From assembly GCA_902796565.1 (NCBI GenBank), contig CADBPP010000015.1:1-34018 (forward strand): a DNA stretch of 34,018 nucleotides, read 5' to 3'. Below are positions 1-10,600 of this stretch, piece after piece. Origin of the DNA: an uncultured Eubacteriales bacterium. GTDB taxonomy: Bacteria > Bacillota > Clostridia > Eubacteriales > Anaerofustaceae. Numbering within the stretch: the stretch's first letter is position 1; each line of letters starts with the position of its first letter. The notes beneath the pieces are model-generated. The model saw only the letters and a list, made by a program, of their open reading frames with translations. It ran no database searches and was not told the origin of the DNA. A program made the translations under genes and the position numbers.

Positions 1-62
1 AAAATCTTGTATTTAAGCCAAAAAATAAGGCATTTTTCTTTGCTGGTGAACCGCTTTTTTCT

Positions 63-90
63 TTGAAAATCCGTTCGATTGTGATATAAT
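63..90 (+). promoter_or_regulatory. Sigma-A-type promoter upstream of recF
   Basis: TTGAAA (63-68), a 16-nt spacer, then an extended -10 TGaTATAAT (82-90). It lies in an AT-rich stretch about 58 nt upstream of the recF ATG. Confidence 0.6.
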
Positions 91-147
91 AAAAAGGTTA
101 GGAGATCACCCCGAAAGCCCCCTGGGGCACACCGGGAAACGACAGTA

Positions 148-1251
148 ATGCACGTCATTTCGATGTCCCTTGACGCCTTCAGAAATATTTCCGCGGCGCG
201 TCTCGAATTCAGTCCCCATCTGAATATACTCCTGGGTGACAACGGTCAGGGAAAGACGAATACCATAGAGGCCCTGTGCCTCGCCCTGAGCGGAAAAAGT
301 CCCCGGGAATCCACCGGCGAGAACTTCATTATGAAGGGCCGGGATCGCTCCGTCATCGTTTGTGATGTAAAGAGCGACGATCTTACCGACCCGAGAGTCA
401 GTCTCACCATAACCCGTGAAGGTAAAAAGCATACCCTGAACGATTCCAGGATCCGCTCCCGACAGAGCCTGCTGGACATGTTCTCCGTGGTCTTTTTCGG
501 GCCCGACGATTTGAGACTGGTGAAGGACTCCCCCCAGGTGAGGAGGGACTTTCTGAACGAAGCCATCTGCTGTCTGTATCCCGGTTACACCGCAGTACTG
601 TCGGAATACAGCCGCACCCTCAGGCAGAGGGGGACGCTTCTGAAGGACTATTCACCGTCGGCACTGCCGCTGCTGGAAGTGTATGACGACACCCTGGTGA
701 AGACCGGGAGCACCCTTATAAAGTACAGGATAAGGACATTGAAGCAGCTGGGAAACCTGGCCGCCGCGAGATATGAAGCCATAAGCGGAGGCAGGGAGAG
801 GATCTCGGTATCATACATAAGCGACATTCTTAAAAGCGCCGCTTCCTCCGACGAGATAGAAGGCCTGTACGCTTCTGCCCTCAGGGAGGCCAGAAGGAAC
901 GACATCTACATGAAGACCACCACCGTCGGCGCCCACCGGGACGATATCAGCTTCTTCCTCGACGCATCCCCCGCCAGGAAGTTCGCGTCCCAGGGACAGC
1001 AGCGCAGCATAGCGCTGAGCATGAAGACGGCTCTCACGGACCTTATAAGGGAAGTGAAGCATCAGGACCCCCTGATCCTGCTGGACGACGTGATGAGCGA
1101 GCTGGACAGGGGAAGACGGGACGCCATAGCGGGGATGCTCGGCGGCTCACAGGTATTCATTACAGGCTCCGGAGTGGATTTCATTCCCTCGGGAGATGAC
1201 GCCCGCACCTTCAGGGTGCAGACAGGAAACATAACACAGGAAACAGTTTGA
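148..1251 (+). CDS. recF: DNA replication/repair protein RecF
   Basis: 367-aa ORF. Walker A '[15 protein letters not shown]', SMC/RecF signature-like '[15 protein letters not shown]', Walker B '[12 protein letters not shown]'. It sits directly 5' of gyrB, as in the conserved recF-gyrB-gyrA cluster. The SD is weak, so the alternative ATG at 163 cannot be excluded. Confidence 0.9.
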   Translation: MHVISMSLDAFRNISAARLEFSPHLNILLGDNGQGKTNTIEALCLALSGKSPRESTGENFIMKGRDRSVIVCDVKSDDLTDPRVSLTITREGKKHTLNDSRIRSRQSLLDMFSVVFFGPDDLRLVKDSPQVRRDFLNEAICCLYPGYTAVLSEYSRTLRQRGTLLKDYSPSALPLLEVYDDTLVKTGSTLIKYRIRTLKQLGNLAAARYEAISGGRERISVSYISDILKSAASSDEIEGLYASALREARRNDIYMKTTTVGAHRDDISFFLDASPARKFASQGQQRSIALSMKTALTDLIREVKHQDPLILLDDVMSELDRGRRDAIAGMLGGSQVFITGSGVDFIPSGDDARTFRVQTGNITQETV

Positions 1252-1268
1252 CGAACAGGAGAGAAAAC

Positions 1269-3176
1269 ATGGCAACCAACACTTACGACGCCAGCGGCAT
1301 CAAGGTCCTGGAGGGCCTCGAAGCCGTACGCAAGCGTCCCGGCATGTACATCGGAAGCACAGGACGGGACGGACTGCATCATCTCGTGTACGAGATCATC
1401 GACAACTCCGTGGATGAGGCTCTGGCGGGGTACTGCAAAAACATCGATGTCATCATCAATCCCGGAGAGACCATCACCGTCATAGATGACGGCCGCGGCA
1501 TCCCGACGGGCATACATCCGCAGTACAAGAAAAGCGCTGTGGAGATAGCTCTAACGAAGCTCCACGCAGGAGGAAAGTTCGACAACACCAACTACAAGGT
1601 GTCCGGCGGTCTGCACGGCGTCGGCGTATCTGTGGTCAACGCCCTCAGCGAGTGGCTCAAGGTCACCGTCTACCAGGACGGCAAGATCTTCGAACAGAAC
1701 TATGAGAGGGGCAAGCCCCTGGACGAGCTCACCGTGGTGGGAAAGACGAAGCGCACCGGCACCACTGTATCCTTCAAGCCGGACTATGAGATCTTCTCGG
1801 AACTGGTGTACAGCTATGACACGCTGCGCCACCGTATACAGGAGCTGGCATTCCTCAACAAGGGTCTGAGGATCACCCTCAAGGACGCCCGTACCGAGGA
1901 CGGAAAGTACGAGGAGTTCCACTACGAGGGCGGTATCGTCGAATACATCAAGCTTCTCAACTCGGGCAAGGAGCCTCTGACTCCCAACGTGATCTACTTC
2001 GAGAAGTCCACCGACGCGGGAGAGCTGGAGATCGCCATGCAGTACACCGACAGCTACAACGAGAGCATCTCCTCCTTCGCCAACAACATCAATACCACAG
2101 AAGGCGGAATGCACGTCAACGGCTTCAAGAGCGCCCTGACCCGCTGCATCAACACCTACGGACAGAAGTTCAACTTCCTCAAGAAGGACAAGGGCGAGAC
2201 CCTTTCCGGCGAGGATATCCGCGAGGGCCTCACGGCAATCATCTCGGTGAAGCTCAAGAACCCCGAGTTCGAGGGACAGACCAAGACGAAGCTGGGCAAT
2301 CCCGAGATCAGGGGAATGGTGGATACCATAGTGGGAAGTGTTCTGACCTCATATCTCGAGGAACATCCCCAGGAAGCCAAGATCATCATGGAGAAGGCCA
2401 CCCTCGCCTCCCAGGCCAGGGCCGCAGCCAAGAAGGCCAGGGAGAACGTCAGAAGGAAGAGCGGACTTGATACAGCGGCCCTCCCCGGAAAACTCTCCGA
2501 CTGCGCGGACAAGAATCCCGCCAACTGCGAGATCTACATAGTGGAGGGAGACTCCGCAGGAGGCAGCGCGAAGCAGGGACGGGATCCCAAGACCCAGGCG
2601 ATACTCCCCCTGAGAGGCAAGATACTAAACGTGGAGAAGGTAAGGCTCGACCGCATGCTCTCCTCGGATACGATAAAGAGCATGATCACGGCCTTCGGCA
2701 CCGGTATCGGAGAGGACTTCGACATAGACAAGGCCAGGTATCACAAGATCATCATCATGACCGATGCCGACGTGGACGGAGCCCATATCAGGACACTGCT
2801 GCTGACGTTCTTCTACCGCTACATGCCCGGACTCATAGACCACGGCTACGTGTACGTGGCCCAGCCGCCCCTCTACAAGGTCCAGAAGGGAAAGGACATC
2901 CGCTACTGCTACGATGAGGAACAGCTGGAGGCGATCTACACCGAGATTGGCCGTGACAAGACGGAGCTGCAGCGCTATAAGGGCCTGGGCGAAATGAACC
3001 CCGAACAGCTGTGGGAGACCACGATGAATCCCGCTAACCGCACCCTGCTGAAGATCAGCATCGAGGACGCCGTACAGGCGGACTACGTATGCTCCATCCT
3101 CATGGGCGACCAGGTCCAGCCCAGAAGGGATTTCATCACGGAGAACGCCACCAAGGTGGAAAATCTTGACATTTAA
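1269..3176 (+). CDS. gyrB: DNA gyrase subunit B
   Basis: GHKL ATPase motifs '[15 protein letters not shown]', 'DDGRGIP', '[15 protein letters not shown]'. Toprim motifs '[16 protein letters not shown]' and '[11 protein letters not shown]'. The track ORF starts at TTG 1248; I prefer ATG 1269, preceded by AGGAGAG (1257-1263), giving '[29 protein letters not shown]'. Confidence 0.97.
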   Translation: MATNTYDASGIKVLEGLEAVRKRPGMYIGSTGRDGLHHLVYEIIDNSVDEALAGYCKNIDVIINPGETITVIDDGRGIPTGIHPQYKKSAVEIALTKLHAGGKFDNTNYKVSGGLHGVGVSVVNALSEWLKVTVYQDGKIFEQNYERGKPLDELTVVGKTKRTGTTVSFKPDYEIFSELVYSYDTLRHRIQELAFLNKGLRITLKDARTEDGKYEEFHYEGGIVEYIKLLNSGKEPLTPNVIYFEKSTDAGELEIAMQYTDSYNESISSFANNINTTEGGMHVNGFKSALTRCINTYGQKFNFLKKDKGETLSGEDIREGLTAIISVKLKNPEFEGQTKTKLGNPEIRGMVDTIVGSVLTSYLEEHPQEAKIIMEKATLASQARAAAKKARENVRRKSGLDTAALPGKLSDCADKNPANCEIYIVEGDSAGGSAKQGRDPKTQAILPLRGKILNVEKVRLDRMLSSDTIKSMITAFGTGIGEDFDIDKARYHKIIIMTDADVDGAHIRTLLLTFFYRYMPGLIDHGYVYVAQPPLYKVQKGKDIRYCYDEEQLEAIYTEIGRDKTELQRYKGLGEMNPEQLWETTMNPANRTLLKISIEDAVQADYVCSILMGDQVQPRRDFITENATKVENLDI

Positions 3177-3185
3177 AGGTGAGAA

Positions 3186-5669
3186 ATGGATAAGGACACA
3201 AAGAACAACCCGCCCGTTGAGGAGGTCAGCTCCTACGACGACGTAAAGCACATAGATTTCGTTGACACCATGCAGAAGTCCTACATCGACTACGCCATGA
3301 GCGTTATCGTGGGAAGAGCTCTGCCGGATGTCAGGGACGGTCTCAAGCCCGTCCACAGAAGGATACTCTACGGCATGGAGGAACTGGGGGTAAGAGCCAA
3401 CAGCGCCTACAGGAAGAGCGCCCGTATCGTGGGCGACGTCATGGGTAAATATCATCCCCACGGCGACGCTTCCATCTACGACGCCATGGCGCGTCTCGCC
3501 CAGGATTTCTCCACCCGGTACATGCTGGTGGATGGCCAGGGCAACTTCGGTTCCGTGGACGGGGACTCCCCCGCCGCCATGCGTTACACGGAAGCCAGGA
3601 TGTCGAAGATCGCGTCCGAGATGCTTCGGGACATCAACAAGGACACCGTGGACTTCGGTCCCAACTTCGACGAGAGCCTGAAAGAACCGCTGGTTCTCCC
3701 CTCCAGGTTCCCGAACCTGCTGGTAAACGGCTCCAACGGCATCGCCGTGGGTATGGCGACGAACATACCTCCCCACAATCTCGGTGAGGTCATCGACGCC
3801 ACCATCGCCCTGATGGACGATCCCTCCCTTACGGCGCTGGACCTTACGAAATACATCAAGGGACCCGACTTCCCCACCGGAGGCATCATTCTGGGACGCA
3901 GCGGCATGATAAGCGCCTATACCACCGGAAGGGGCCGCATCAGGGTAAGAGCCAAGGCTGAGATAGAGCAGGTCTCCAATACCCGTCAGAGGATAGTGGT
4001 ATCCGAACTTCCCTACATGGTCAACAAGGCCAAGCTGGTGGAAAAGATGGCGGAGCTGGTCCGGGACAAGAAGATCGTGGGCATCTCCGATATCCATGAC
4101 CTTTCCGACAGGAAGGGCATGAGGATAGTCATTGACCTCAAGAAGGACGCCAACGCCCAGGTCATCCTCAACCAGCTTTACAAGAACACCCAGATGGAGG
4201 ATACCTTCGGAGTCATCATGCTGGTGCTGGACCACAACCAGCCGAAGGTGCTGGATCTCAAGCAGATCCTGGAATGCTACATCGCCCATCAGAAGGAAGT
4301 CATCGTAAGAAGGACGAAGTTCGACCTGGACAAGGCCCTGGCCAGGGCCCACATCCTGGAAGGACTACTTATCGCCCTGGACAACATTGACGAGGTGATA
4401 AGGATCATTCGTTCCTCCTATGACGACGCCGAGGAGCGCCTGATGAAGCGCTTCGAGCTCTCCGCCATACAGGCCAAGGCCATCGTGGACATGCAGCTTC
4501 GAAGGCTGCAGGGCCTCGAGAGGGAGAAGCTTGAGACGGAATACGCGGAACTCGAAAGGATGATCGCCTACTACAGGGCCGTTCTCGAGAACGAATCCAT
4601 GGTCATCGACATCATCCGCGACGAAATGACAGAGATCAAGGACAAGTACAACGACGAGCGCCGCACCGGCTTCGACAACGACGCCGAGGATATCGAGATC
4701 GAGGATCTCATCCCCGAGGAGGACGTGGTCATCACCATCACCCACGTGGGATATGTCAAGAGGCTGCCCGCCAACACATACAAGGCCCAGAAGAGGGGCG
4801 GAAAGGGCATCACGGCCCACGCCACCAGGGAGAACGACTTCGTGGAGCATCTGTTCATGACCTCCACTCACAGCTACATCCTCTTCTTCACCAACAAGGG
4901 CAAGGTATACCGCCTGAAGGCATACGAAGTGCCCGAGGCGGGAAGGATGGCCAAGGGAATGGCTATAGTGAACATCCTGGCTATCGAGCAGGGTGAGAAG
5001 ATCACAGCCGTTATACCCGTGAAGACCTTCGACGAGAGCTCCTATCTCGTCATGGCCACCCGCAGCGGCCTGATCAAGAAGACCGCTCTGTCGGAATACA
5101 ATTCCTCCAGAAAGAGCGGCCTCATCGCCATCAATCTGGCTGAAGACGACGAACTCATCGACGTCAAGCTCACCGACGGAAAGTCCAACATCATCATGGG
5201 CACCAGGGGCGGTTACGCCATCGTGTTCAGCGAGGATGACATCCGTCCCATGGGCAGGGTCGCCATGGGCGTCAGAGGCATCAGGCTCTCCCCCAGGGAC
5301 GTGGTCATATCCATGGATATCGCCGAGGAAGGAAAGCACATCCTCACCGTCACGGAGAACGGCTACGGCAAGCTCACGAAGACGAGCCTGTACCCCGTAC
5401 AGGGCAGGAGCGGAAAGGGCGTTCAGAACTACAAGTTCAACTCAAAGACCGGGGAAGTCGCGGATCTTCTGTGCATAGACCGGGAGGAGAACGACGTCAT
5501 GATCATCTCCGACGAGGGTGTGGTCATCCGCATGAGCGCCTCCGAGATCTCCACCATGGGAAGGAGCACCTCCGGAGTGAAGCTGATGCAGCTTGATGAG
5601 GATATCAGCATAGCCGCCATCGCCAAGGTCAGCAAGGACGAGGAGATCGAGGAGGAGAGCGCGGAATAA
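3186..5669 (+). CDS. gyrA: DNA gyrase subunit A
   Basis: 827-aa ORF. '[11 protein letters not shown]', '[20 protein letters not shown]' (QRDR-type segment), catalytic-Tyr motif '[10 protein letters not shown]', C-terminal beta-pinwheel repeats and a short acidic tail. GGTGAG SD upstream. Confidence 0.97.
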   Translation: MDKDTKNNPPVEEVSSYDDVKHIDFVDTMQKSYIDYAMSVIVGRALPDVRDGLKPVHRRILYGMEELGVRANSAYRKSARIVGDVMGKYHPHGDASIYDAMARLAQDFSTRYMLVDGQGNFGSVDGDSPAAMRYTEARMSKIASEMLRDINKDTVDFGPNFDESLKEPLVLPSRFPNLLVNGSNGIAVGMATNIPPHNLGEVIDATIALMDDPSLTALDLTKYIKGPDFPTGGIILGRSGMISAYTTGRGRIRVRAKAEIEQVSNTRQRIVVSELPYMVNKAKLVEKMAELVRDKKIVGISDIHDLSDRKGMRIVIDLKKDANAQVILNQLYKNTQMEDTFGVIMLVLDHNQPKVLDLKQILECYIAHQKEVIVRRTKFDLDKALARAHILEGLLIALDNIDEVIRIIRSSYDDAEERLMKRFELSAIQAKAIVDMQLRRLQGLEREKLETEYAELERMIAYYRAVLENESMVIDIIRDEMTEIKDKYNDERRTGFDNDAEDIEIEDLIPEEDVVITITHVGYVKRLPANTYKAQKRGGKGITAHATRENDFVEHLFMTSTHSYILFFTNKGKVYRLKAYEVPEAGRMAKGMAIVNILAIEQGEKITAVIPVKTFDESSYLVMATRSGLIKKTALSEYNSSRKSGLIAINLAEDDELIDVKLTDGKSNIIMGTRGGYAIVFSEDDIRPMGRVAMGVRGIRLSPRDVVISMDIAEEGKHILTVTENGYGKLTKTSLYPVQGRSGKGVQNYKFNSKTGEVADLLCIDREENDVMIISDEGVVIRMSASEISTMGRSTSGVKLMQLDEDISIAAIAKVSKDEEIEEESAE

Positions 5670-5693
5670 TTCAAAGCTCCTGCGGAGGCTTTA

Positions 5694-8051
5694 ATGAGGA
5701 TCTACAGTGTTTCAGTCGGAGAGCTGTGCGCCATGAGCATGCTCTCCGGCTCCATAGACAACAGGTTTTCATCCCATTCAAGACTGATGGAGGGCATACG
5801 CCTCCATCAGTACATCCAGAGCAAGTACGGCCCTGACGATCTGTGCGAACAGACGATGGATCACAGGGCCGTTTTTGGTGATGTCGTACTGGAGATCTCC
5901 GGCAGGGCCGACGGGATCCTGGATACCGCCGGGGATCCGATGGTGGAGGAGATCAAGTCCACCACCAGGGACCTGTCGGAGATGACCGGTCCCAATCCGG
6001 GCCATCTCGCCCAGTGCAGGTGCTACAGCTACATCTACATGGTCCATAACGATCTCGACTCCATCCGCTACAGGGTCACCTACATCTTCGCCGGCGAGAA
6101 GCATGATCTGAAATGCTTTGAGTACCGCGACAGCCGCGAAGAGCTGGAAAAGCACTTTTTCTCCCTGGCCGAGGAGTGGATACGGCACATAACAGAGATC
6201 GAGAAGTACGAAGCGGAACGCAATGAGAAGATAAAGGCGATGAAGTTCCCCTTTGAGTTCCGCATGTACCAGAAGGAGACCATCAACAGGATCTACAGGG
6301 TGATCAAGGAGGGCAAAAACGTATTCATGAACGCCCCCACCGGGAGCGGCAAGACCCTCAACAGCCTCTATCCGGCCATCAAGGCGATGCCCTACCTGAC
6401 CCATCCCAAGATCTTTTATCTTACCGCCAAATCCACCCAGAAGGCGGTGGCCCTCAACGCCCTCTCGATCCTCAGGAAAAAGGGCCTTCCCATAAGGAGC
6501 CTGGTGCTGACCGCCAAGGAGAAGGCCTGCAGGCTGGATGTGACCAGCTGCAATCCCCAGGACTGCCCCTATGCCCTTGATTACTATGACAAGCTCAGGG
6601 ACAGGCGGGATGAGATGCTCGGCAGCAGGAAGGTATTCGACGCGGGGGACTTCCAGGAGCTCTCCGAGGAACACATCATGTGCCCTTTCGAGATGTCCCT
6701 GGACTTTTCGGAATGGGCGGATGTCATTATCTGCGACTACAATTACGTTTTCGACCCTTCAGCGGCTCTTAAACGGTATTTTGAGGAGGATGCCAAAGGG
6801 GATTACATCTTCCTGGTGGACGAGGCTCACAACCTTCCTGAGCGAAGCAGGCAGATGTACTCGGAGGTGATAAGCCGCTCCGACCTTCTGAAGCTGAAAA
6901 AGACCGCACCGACACTGAAGGTCCTCTCATCCTGCGCCGACGAGATACTCGACTGTATGGCGGAATGGCAGCGGGACGCCATGGACAATGACGCCTATAT
7001 ATTCAGGGAGCCCTCCACCACCTTCTACATGATCCTCTCCCACTTCTGCCAGGAAGCCGACAGGTTCCTTTCCAGGGCCAAGAGGGAGGACGAGAGGTAT
7101 TCCTTCATCCTGGACATGTACTTCAACATCACGAAGTTCATGAGCATCTGGGATCTGAAGAACGATTCCCACGTGTTCTATTATGACGTGAAGGAGGAGT
7201 TCTTAAAGCTCTTCTGCACCGACGCGAGGGAGTATCTCAGCGACATCCTCAAAAAAGGCCAGAGCGCCGTGTTCTTTTCCGCGACCCTCACCCCACTGGA
7301 CTACTACTGCGAGATCCTGGGAGGAGCCAGGGACGACTATCTCATGAACGTGAAGAGCAGCTTCGACCCGGACAACTTCAGGATCGCTGTGGACACATCC
7401 ATCAGGACAACCTATCAGAAGAGAGCCATGTACTATGCCGAGGCCGCGGAGAGGATCAATACGGTCATCTCCAGCAAAAGGGGCAACTATATTGTCTACT
7501 TCCCCTCCTACGCATATCTGGAAAGTGTTTACGAGGAATATAAAAAGCTTTTCGAGGATGAGGTGCTGGTGCAGACCAGGGGGCTGGATGAGAATGCCAG
7601 AAAGGAGTTCCTCGCGAACTTCACCTCCCAGAGCGCCGTCACCGCCTTCGCCGTGATCGGAGGAGTCTTCTCCGAGGCGGTGGACCTGGTGGGCGACAAG
7701 CTCATCGGAGCCGTCATCTGCGGGGTCAGCCTGCCGATGATCTGCACCGAAAGGGAGCTGATCAGAAACCACTATGACGAGACCGGGCGCAGCGGCTTCG
7801 ACTACGCCTACGTCTATCCCGGGATGAACAAGGTACTGCAGGCCATGGGGAGGGTAATCCGCACCCAGGACGACAAAGGCTGCGCGGTGCTTCTGAATGA
7901 AAGGTTCCGCTACAGCGCATACAGAAAATGCTTTCCGCCTCATTACGGACACATGGTGTTCGTGAACAGCGGAAAGCAGCTCAAACAATATCTGGACTAT
8001 GCAGGCGCCGGCGGTGAATTCTCCGACGAACCCTTTTACGAGGAGGAATGA
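5694..8051 (+). CDS. Fusion protein: N-terminal PD-(D/E)XK (RecB/Cas4-like) nuclease domain plus XPD/Rad3/DinG-family Fe-S DNA helicase
   Basis: 785-aa ORF with GGAGG SD at 5684-5688. Nuclease-like motifs 'GRADGIL' (D73), 'VEEIKS' (E86, K88) and 'QCRCYSYIY'. Helicase Walker A 'NAPTGSGKT' (aa 213-221), four Cys (C279, C286, C291, C330) positioned as in the XPD 4Fe-4S domain, DEAH box 'VDEAHN' (376-379), and C-terminal 'QAMGRVIRTQDDKGCAVLLNERF' (Helicase_C_2-like). Confidence 0.8.
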   Translation: MRIYSVSVGELCAMSMLSGSIDNRFSSHSRLMEGIRLHQYIQSKYGPDDLCEQTMDHRAVFGDVVLEISGRADGILDTAGDPMVEEIKSTTRDLSEMTGPNPGHLAQCRCYSYIYMVHNDLDSIRYRVTYIFAGEKHDLKCFEYRDSREELEKHFFSLAEEWIRHITEIEKYEAERNEKIKAMKFPFEFRMYQKETINRIYRVIKEGKNVFMNAPTGSGKTLNSLYPAIKAMPYLTHPKIFYLTAKSTQKAVALNALSILRKKGLPIRSLVLTAKEKACRLDVTSCNPQDCPYALDYYDKLRDRRDEMLGSRKVFDAGDFQELSEEHIMCPFEMSLDFSEWADVIICDYNYVFDPSAALKRYFEEDAKGDYIFLVDEAHNLPERSRQMYSEVISRSDLLKLKKTAPTLKVLSSCADEILDCMAEWQRDAMDNDAYIFREPSTTFYMILSHFCQEADRFLSRAKREDERYSFILDMYFNITKFMSIWDLKNDSHVFYYDVKEEFLKLFCTDAREYLSDILKKGQSAVFFSATLTPLDYYCEILGGARDDYLMNVKSSFDPDNFRIAVDTSIRTTYQKRAMYYAEAAERINTVISSKRGNYIVYFPSYAYLESVYEEYKKLFEDEVLVQTRGLDENARKEFLANFTSQSAVTAFAVIGGVFSEAVDLVGDKLIGAVICGVSLPMICTERELIRNHYDETGRSGFDYAYVYPGMNKVLQAMGRVIRTQDDKGCAVLLNERFRYSAYRKCFPPHYGHMVFVNSGKQLKQYLDYAGAGGEFSDEPFYEEE

Positions 8052-8054
8052 ATA

Positions 8055-9746
8055 TCAGCCGAAAAGCTGTCTGACTGATGCGGACAGCTTTTTTTCTTCC
8101 TCCCTCGCGCTGTCTTCATCATCGCTTTTAACGGAAAGATACACCTTCAGCTTAGGCTCCGTACCGGAGGGCCTCACAACGACTGTGCCACCGTCGGGCA
8201 GGTAGAACTTCAGTACGTCCGATACGGGAAGACCCTCGATACCCCTGCTGTAATCCTTCACGCTCACGGTCTCTATCCCCGCGGGGGAAAGGCCGCTTTC
8301 CCTCAGTTTCTCCATGATCTGCCTCATCCTGTAAAAACCCTCCTGTCCCTCGAAGCCGAAGGAATACAGGGTATTGAGGTAGTAGCCGTACTTCGAATAG
8401 AGCTCTGCGAGTTTTTCCGGAAGGCTCTTTCCCCTGGCGCGGTAATAGGCGAACATGTCGCAGATCATCATGGACGCCACCACGGCGTCCTTGTCCCTGA
8501 CGTAGGTGCCCGCGAGATACCCGTAGCTCTCCTCAAATCCGAAGACGTAACGGGACTCCTCGCCCTTCTCCTCCAGGAAACCTATCTGTTCCCCGATGTA
8601 CTTGAAACCGGTGAGGACATCCTTTATCCTGACGCCCCAGCGCTTCGCGATGGGTTCGATCATCTCCGTAGTGACTATGGTCTTGATGATAAGGGGATCC
8701 TCGGGCATGGTGTCCTTGAAGCATCTCAGCTCGCAGATGTATTCCGTGAGAAGTATCCCCGTCTCATTGCCGGTGAGGAGCCGGTACTCTCCGTTGTCCT
8801 TCACCGCGATCCCTACCCGGTCACAGTCGGGATCCGTGGCGATCAAAAGGTCGGCCCCGGCGCTTTTCGCCTTCTCTATGCCCTTTTCCATGGCCTGCCT
8901 TATCTCCGGGTTGGGATAGGGACATGTGGGGAAAGTGCCATCGGGCTCCCTCTGCTCCTCCACCACGGATATGTTCGTATATCCACATTCGCTCAGGGTC
9001 CTTACGACGGGTCTGAGCCCCGTACCGTTAAGGGGCGTATACACTATGGCCACGTCCCGGTCCAGTTCTTCCTCATCCGCCACCAGGGACTGGCTTTTTA
9101 CGTTTTCGATATATGCCGTCACCGTATCCTCCCCGATGAAGCTGATCATTCCCTTCTCAAGCAGTTCATCCCAGCTTCCGAATGAGACATCTTCGAAATA
9201 GTCGGCTTTGTCTATGAAGGAGGATATCTCCGAGGCCGCCTCGTCCGTGACCTGGCATCCGGCTGAGTTGTAGACCTTGTAGCCGTTGTACTCCGAGGGA
9301 TTATGGGACGCGGTCATCATCACTCCCGCGGCGCATCCGAGGTGTCTCACGGCGAAGGAAAGGGCCGGGGTGGGCATCAGCTCCGGATAGATGTATACCT
9401 TAATGCCATTTTCGGCGAAGACCGCCGAGGCCTCCCTGGAAAAGTACTCTGATTTGATCCTGGAATCGTAGCTCACGGCGATGCTCCTCTTCCCTTCGGG
9501 GAAGTGAGCCTTCACATAGTCCGCCAGGCCCTGGGAGACCCTGCCCACAGTATATACGTTCATGCGGTTCGTTCCTGCACCGATGATGCCCCTGAGGCCG
9601 CCGGTGCCGAACTCCAGCTGTCTGTAAAAGCGTTCCGTTACGGCAGCCTCATCCCCGGCCACCGACTCCAGCTCTGAGGTCAGATCCCTGTCCCGGAGAG
9701 CCTTTCTGAGCCAGAGCTCATATGTTTCCCTGATCTTTGTGTCCAT
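8055..9746 (-). CDS. pgcA: Alpha-D-phosphohexomutase (phosphoglucomutase/phosphomannomutase, PgcA-like)
   Basis: Active-site serine loop 'TASHNPSEYNGYK', N-terminal 'LEFGTGGLRGIIGAGTNRMNVYTV', Mg loop 'ATDPDCDRVG', sugar loop 'GFEESYGY', C-terminal 'VVRPSGTEPKLKVY'. Start moved from 9791 to ATG 9746 ('MDTKIRETYELW'), preceded by AGAGAGG. Confidence 0.9.
   Translation of the reverse strand: MDTKIRETYELWLRKALRDRDLTSELESVAGDEAAVTERFYRQLEFGTGGLRGIIGAGTNRMNVYTVGRVSQGLADYVKAHFPEGKRSIAVSYDSRIKSEYFSREASAVFAENGIKVYIYPELMPTPALSFAVRHLGCAAGVMMTASHNPSEYNGYKVYNSAGCQVTDEAASEISSFIDKADYFEDVSFGSWDELLEKGMISFIGEDTVTAYIENVKSQSLVADEEELDRDVAIVYTPLNGTGLRPVVRTLSECGYTNISVVEEQREPDGTFPTCPYPNPEIRQAMEKGIEKAKSAGADLLIATDPDCDRVGIAVKDNGEYRLLTGNETGILLTEYICELRCFKDTMPEDPLIIKTIVTTEMIEPIAKRWGVRIKDVLTGFKYIGEQIGFLEEKGEESRYVFGFEESYGYLAGTYVRDKDAVVASMMICDMFAYYRARGKSLPEKLAELYSKYGYYLNTLYSFGFEGQEGFYRMRQIMEKLRESGLSPAGIETVSVKDYSRGIEGLPVSDVLKFYLPDGGTVVVRPSGTEPKLKVYLSVKSDDEDSAREEEKKLSASVRQLFG
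8063..8097 (+). terminator. Possible intrinsic terminator of the helicase gene, embedded in the 3' codons of the convergent pgcA-like gene
   Basis: Inverted repeat AAAGCTGTC (8063-8071) / GACAGCTTT (8083-8091) running into a T-run (8089-8096). It begins 12 nt after the helicase stop codon. Confidence 0.45.
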
Positions 9747-9805
9747 TGAAAACCTCTCTGATTGTTTATGACAGATATTAACAGCCGGCACGGGGCCGGC
9801 CGGAA

Positions 9806-10588
9806 TTATTCATATATCTCCCTTACCAGCTCGATGCCCGTGCAGCGTAAGGTAGCATCGTCCAGAACGAACACTGCTCCGTTGAGCTGGGTGCGGCCAT
9901 CCGCAGTCTCATAGCGGCTGCGGCGCTGGGTAATATAATTCTTCACGATGATCTGGCGGTCCACCCCTATGACCCCGTCATAGGGCCCTGTCATGCCGAT
10001 GTCGGTAAGGTATCCCGTTCCTCCGTCAAGGATCCTCGCGTCATTCGTCTGCACATGGGTGTGGGTGCCGTATACGATGCTGGCCCTGCCGTCGGCATGG
10101 TAACCGAAGGCGATCTTCTCACTGGTGGCCTCTGCGTGAAAATCCACGACGATCACATCGCTTAAGGGATGGATCTTCTCATAGATCTCGTCAAAGGCCA
10201 GGAAGGGATTGTTCAGCGGCTCCATGAAAGCGGTGCCTGAAAGGTTCACCACCCCTATCCTCACCGCCCCGAGGCGGAAGACGGCCCAGCCCTTTCCCGG
10301 GCAGGGCGAGGGATAGTTGGCGGGACGGATGATCCTGTCTGTTTCCTGGATCACGTTGTTAAGATCCTTCTTGTCCCAGATGTGGTTCCCGCTGGTATAG
10401 ACATCCACCGCCTTGACGGCGAGAAGCTCCCCGGCGTTTATCGCGGACACGCCGCTGCCGCCGGAGGCGTTCTCACAGTTCACAATAAGAAAATCCGCAC
10501 GGTATTTTGCGCGGATTTCCCCTGCTTTGCTGATTATTATGCCGCGTCCGGGCCTTCCGAACACGTCTCCCAGTGCCAGGATCCTCAT
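9806..10588 (-). CDS. ymdB: YmdB-family metallophosphoesterase (2',3'-cyclic-nucleotide phosphodiesterase type, TIGR00282-like)
   Basis: 260 aa. 'MRILALGDVFGRPGR', 'NCENASGG', 'GNHIWD', 'DFHAEATSEK', 'GTHTHVQTND'. It lies immediately downstream of rny (12-nt gap), the conserved rny-ymdB arrangement of Bacillota. Confidence 0.9.
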   Translation of the reverse strand: MRILALGDVFGRPGRGIIISKAGEIRAKYRADFLIVNCENASGGSGVSAINAGELLAVKAVDVYTSGNHIWDKKDLNNVIQETDRIIRPANYPSPCPGKGWAVFRLGAVRIGVVNLSGTAFMEPLNNPFLAFDEIYEKIHPLSDVIVVDFHAEATSEKIAFGYHADGRASIVYGTHTHVQTNDARILDGGTGYLTDIGMTGPYDGVIGVDRQIIVKNYITQRRSRYETADGRTQLNGAVFVLDDATLRCTGIELVREIYE

Positions 10589-10600
10589 TCGTCCTCTTTC

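Noticed and set aside
2625-4352. Very long antisense ORFs opposite conserved genes: 575 aa opposite gyrB/gyrA, and similar ones at 30244-31830 (528 aa), 22508-23974 (488 aa), 17734-19062 (442 aa), 10382-11662 (426 aa), 24287-25498, 14200-15387, 4365-5339, 15403-16365, 5778-6674 and 7203-7988.
   Set aside because: Each mirrors a gene with unmistakable conserved motifs on the other strand. Their translations are low-information G/V/H/L/D/R-rich strings with no recognisable motifs and no SD. Stop-poor antisense frames are expected with this GC3-biased codon usage.
9747-9805. GCCGGC-cccgt-GCCGGC hairpin between ymdB and pgcA, a possible terminator.
   Set aside because: The short 6-bp stem is not followed by a U-run on the minus strand. 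It is more likely a processing or stability element, or nothing at all, so it is not called as a terminator.
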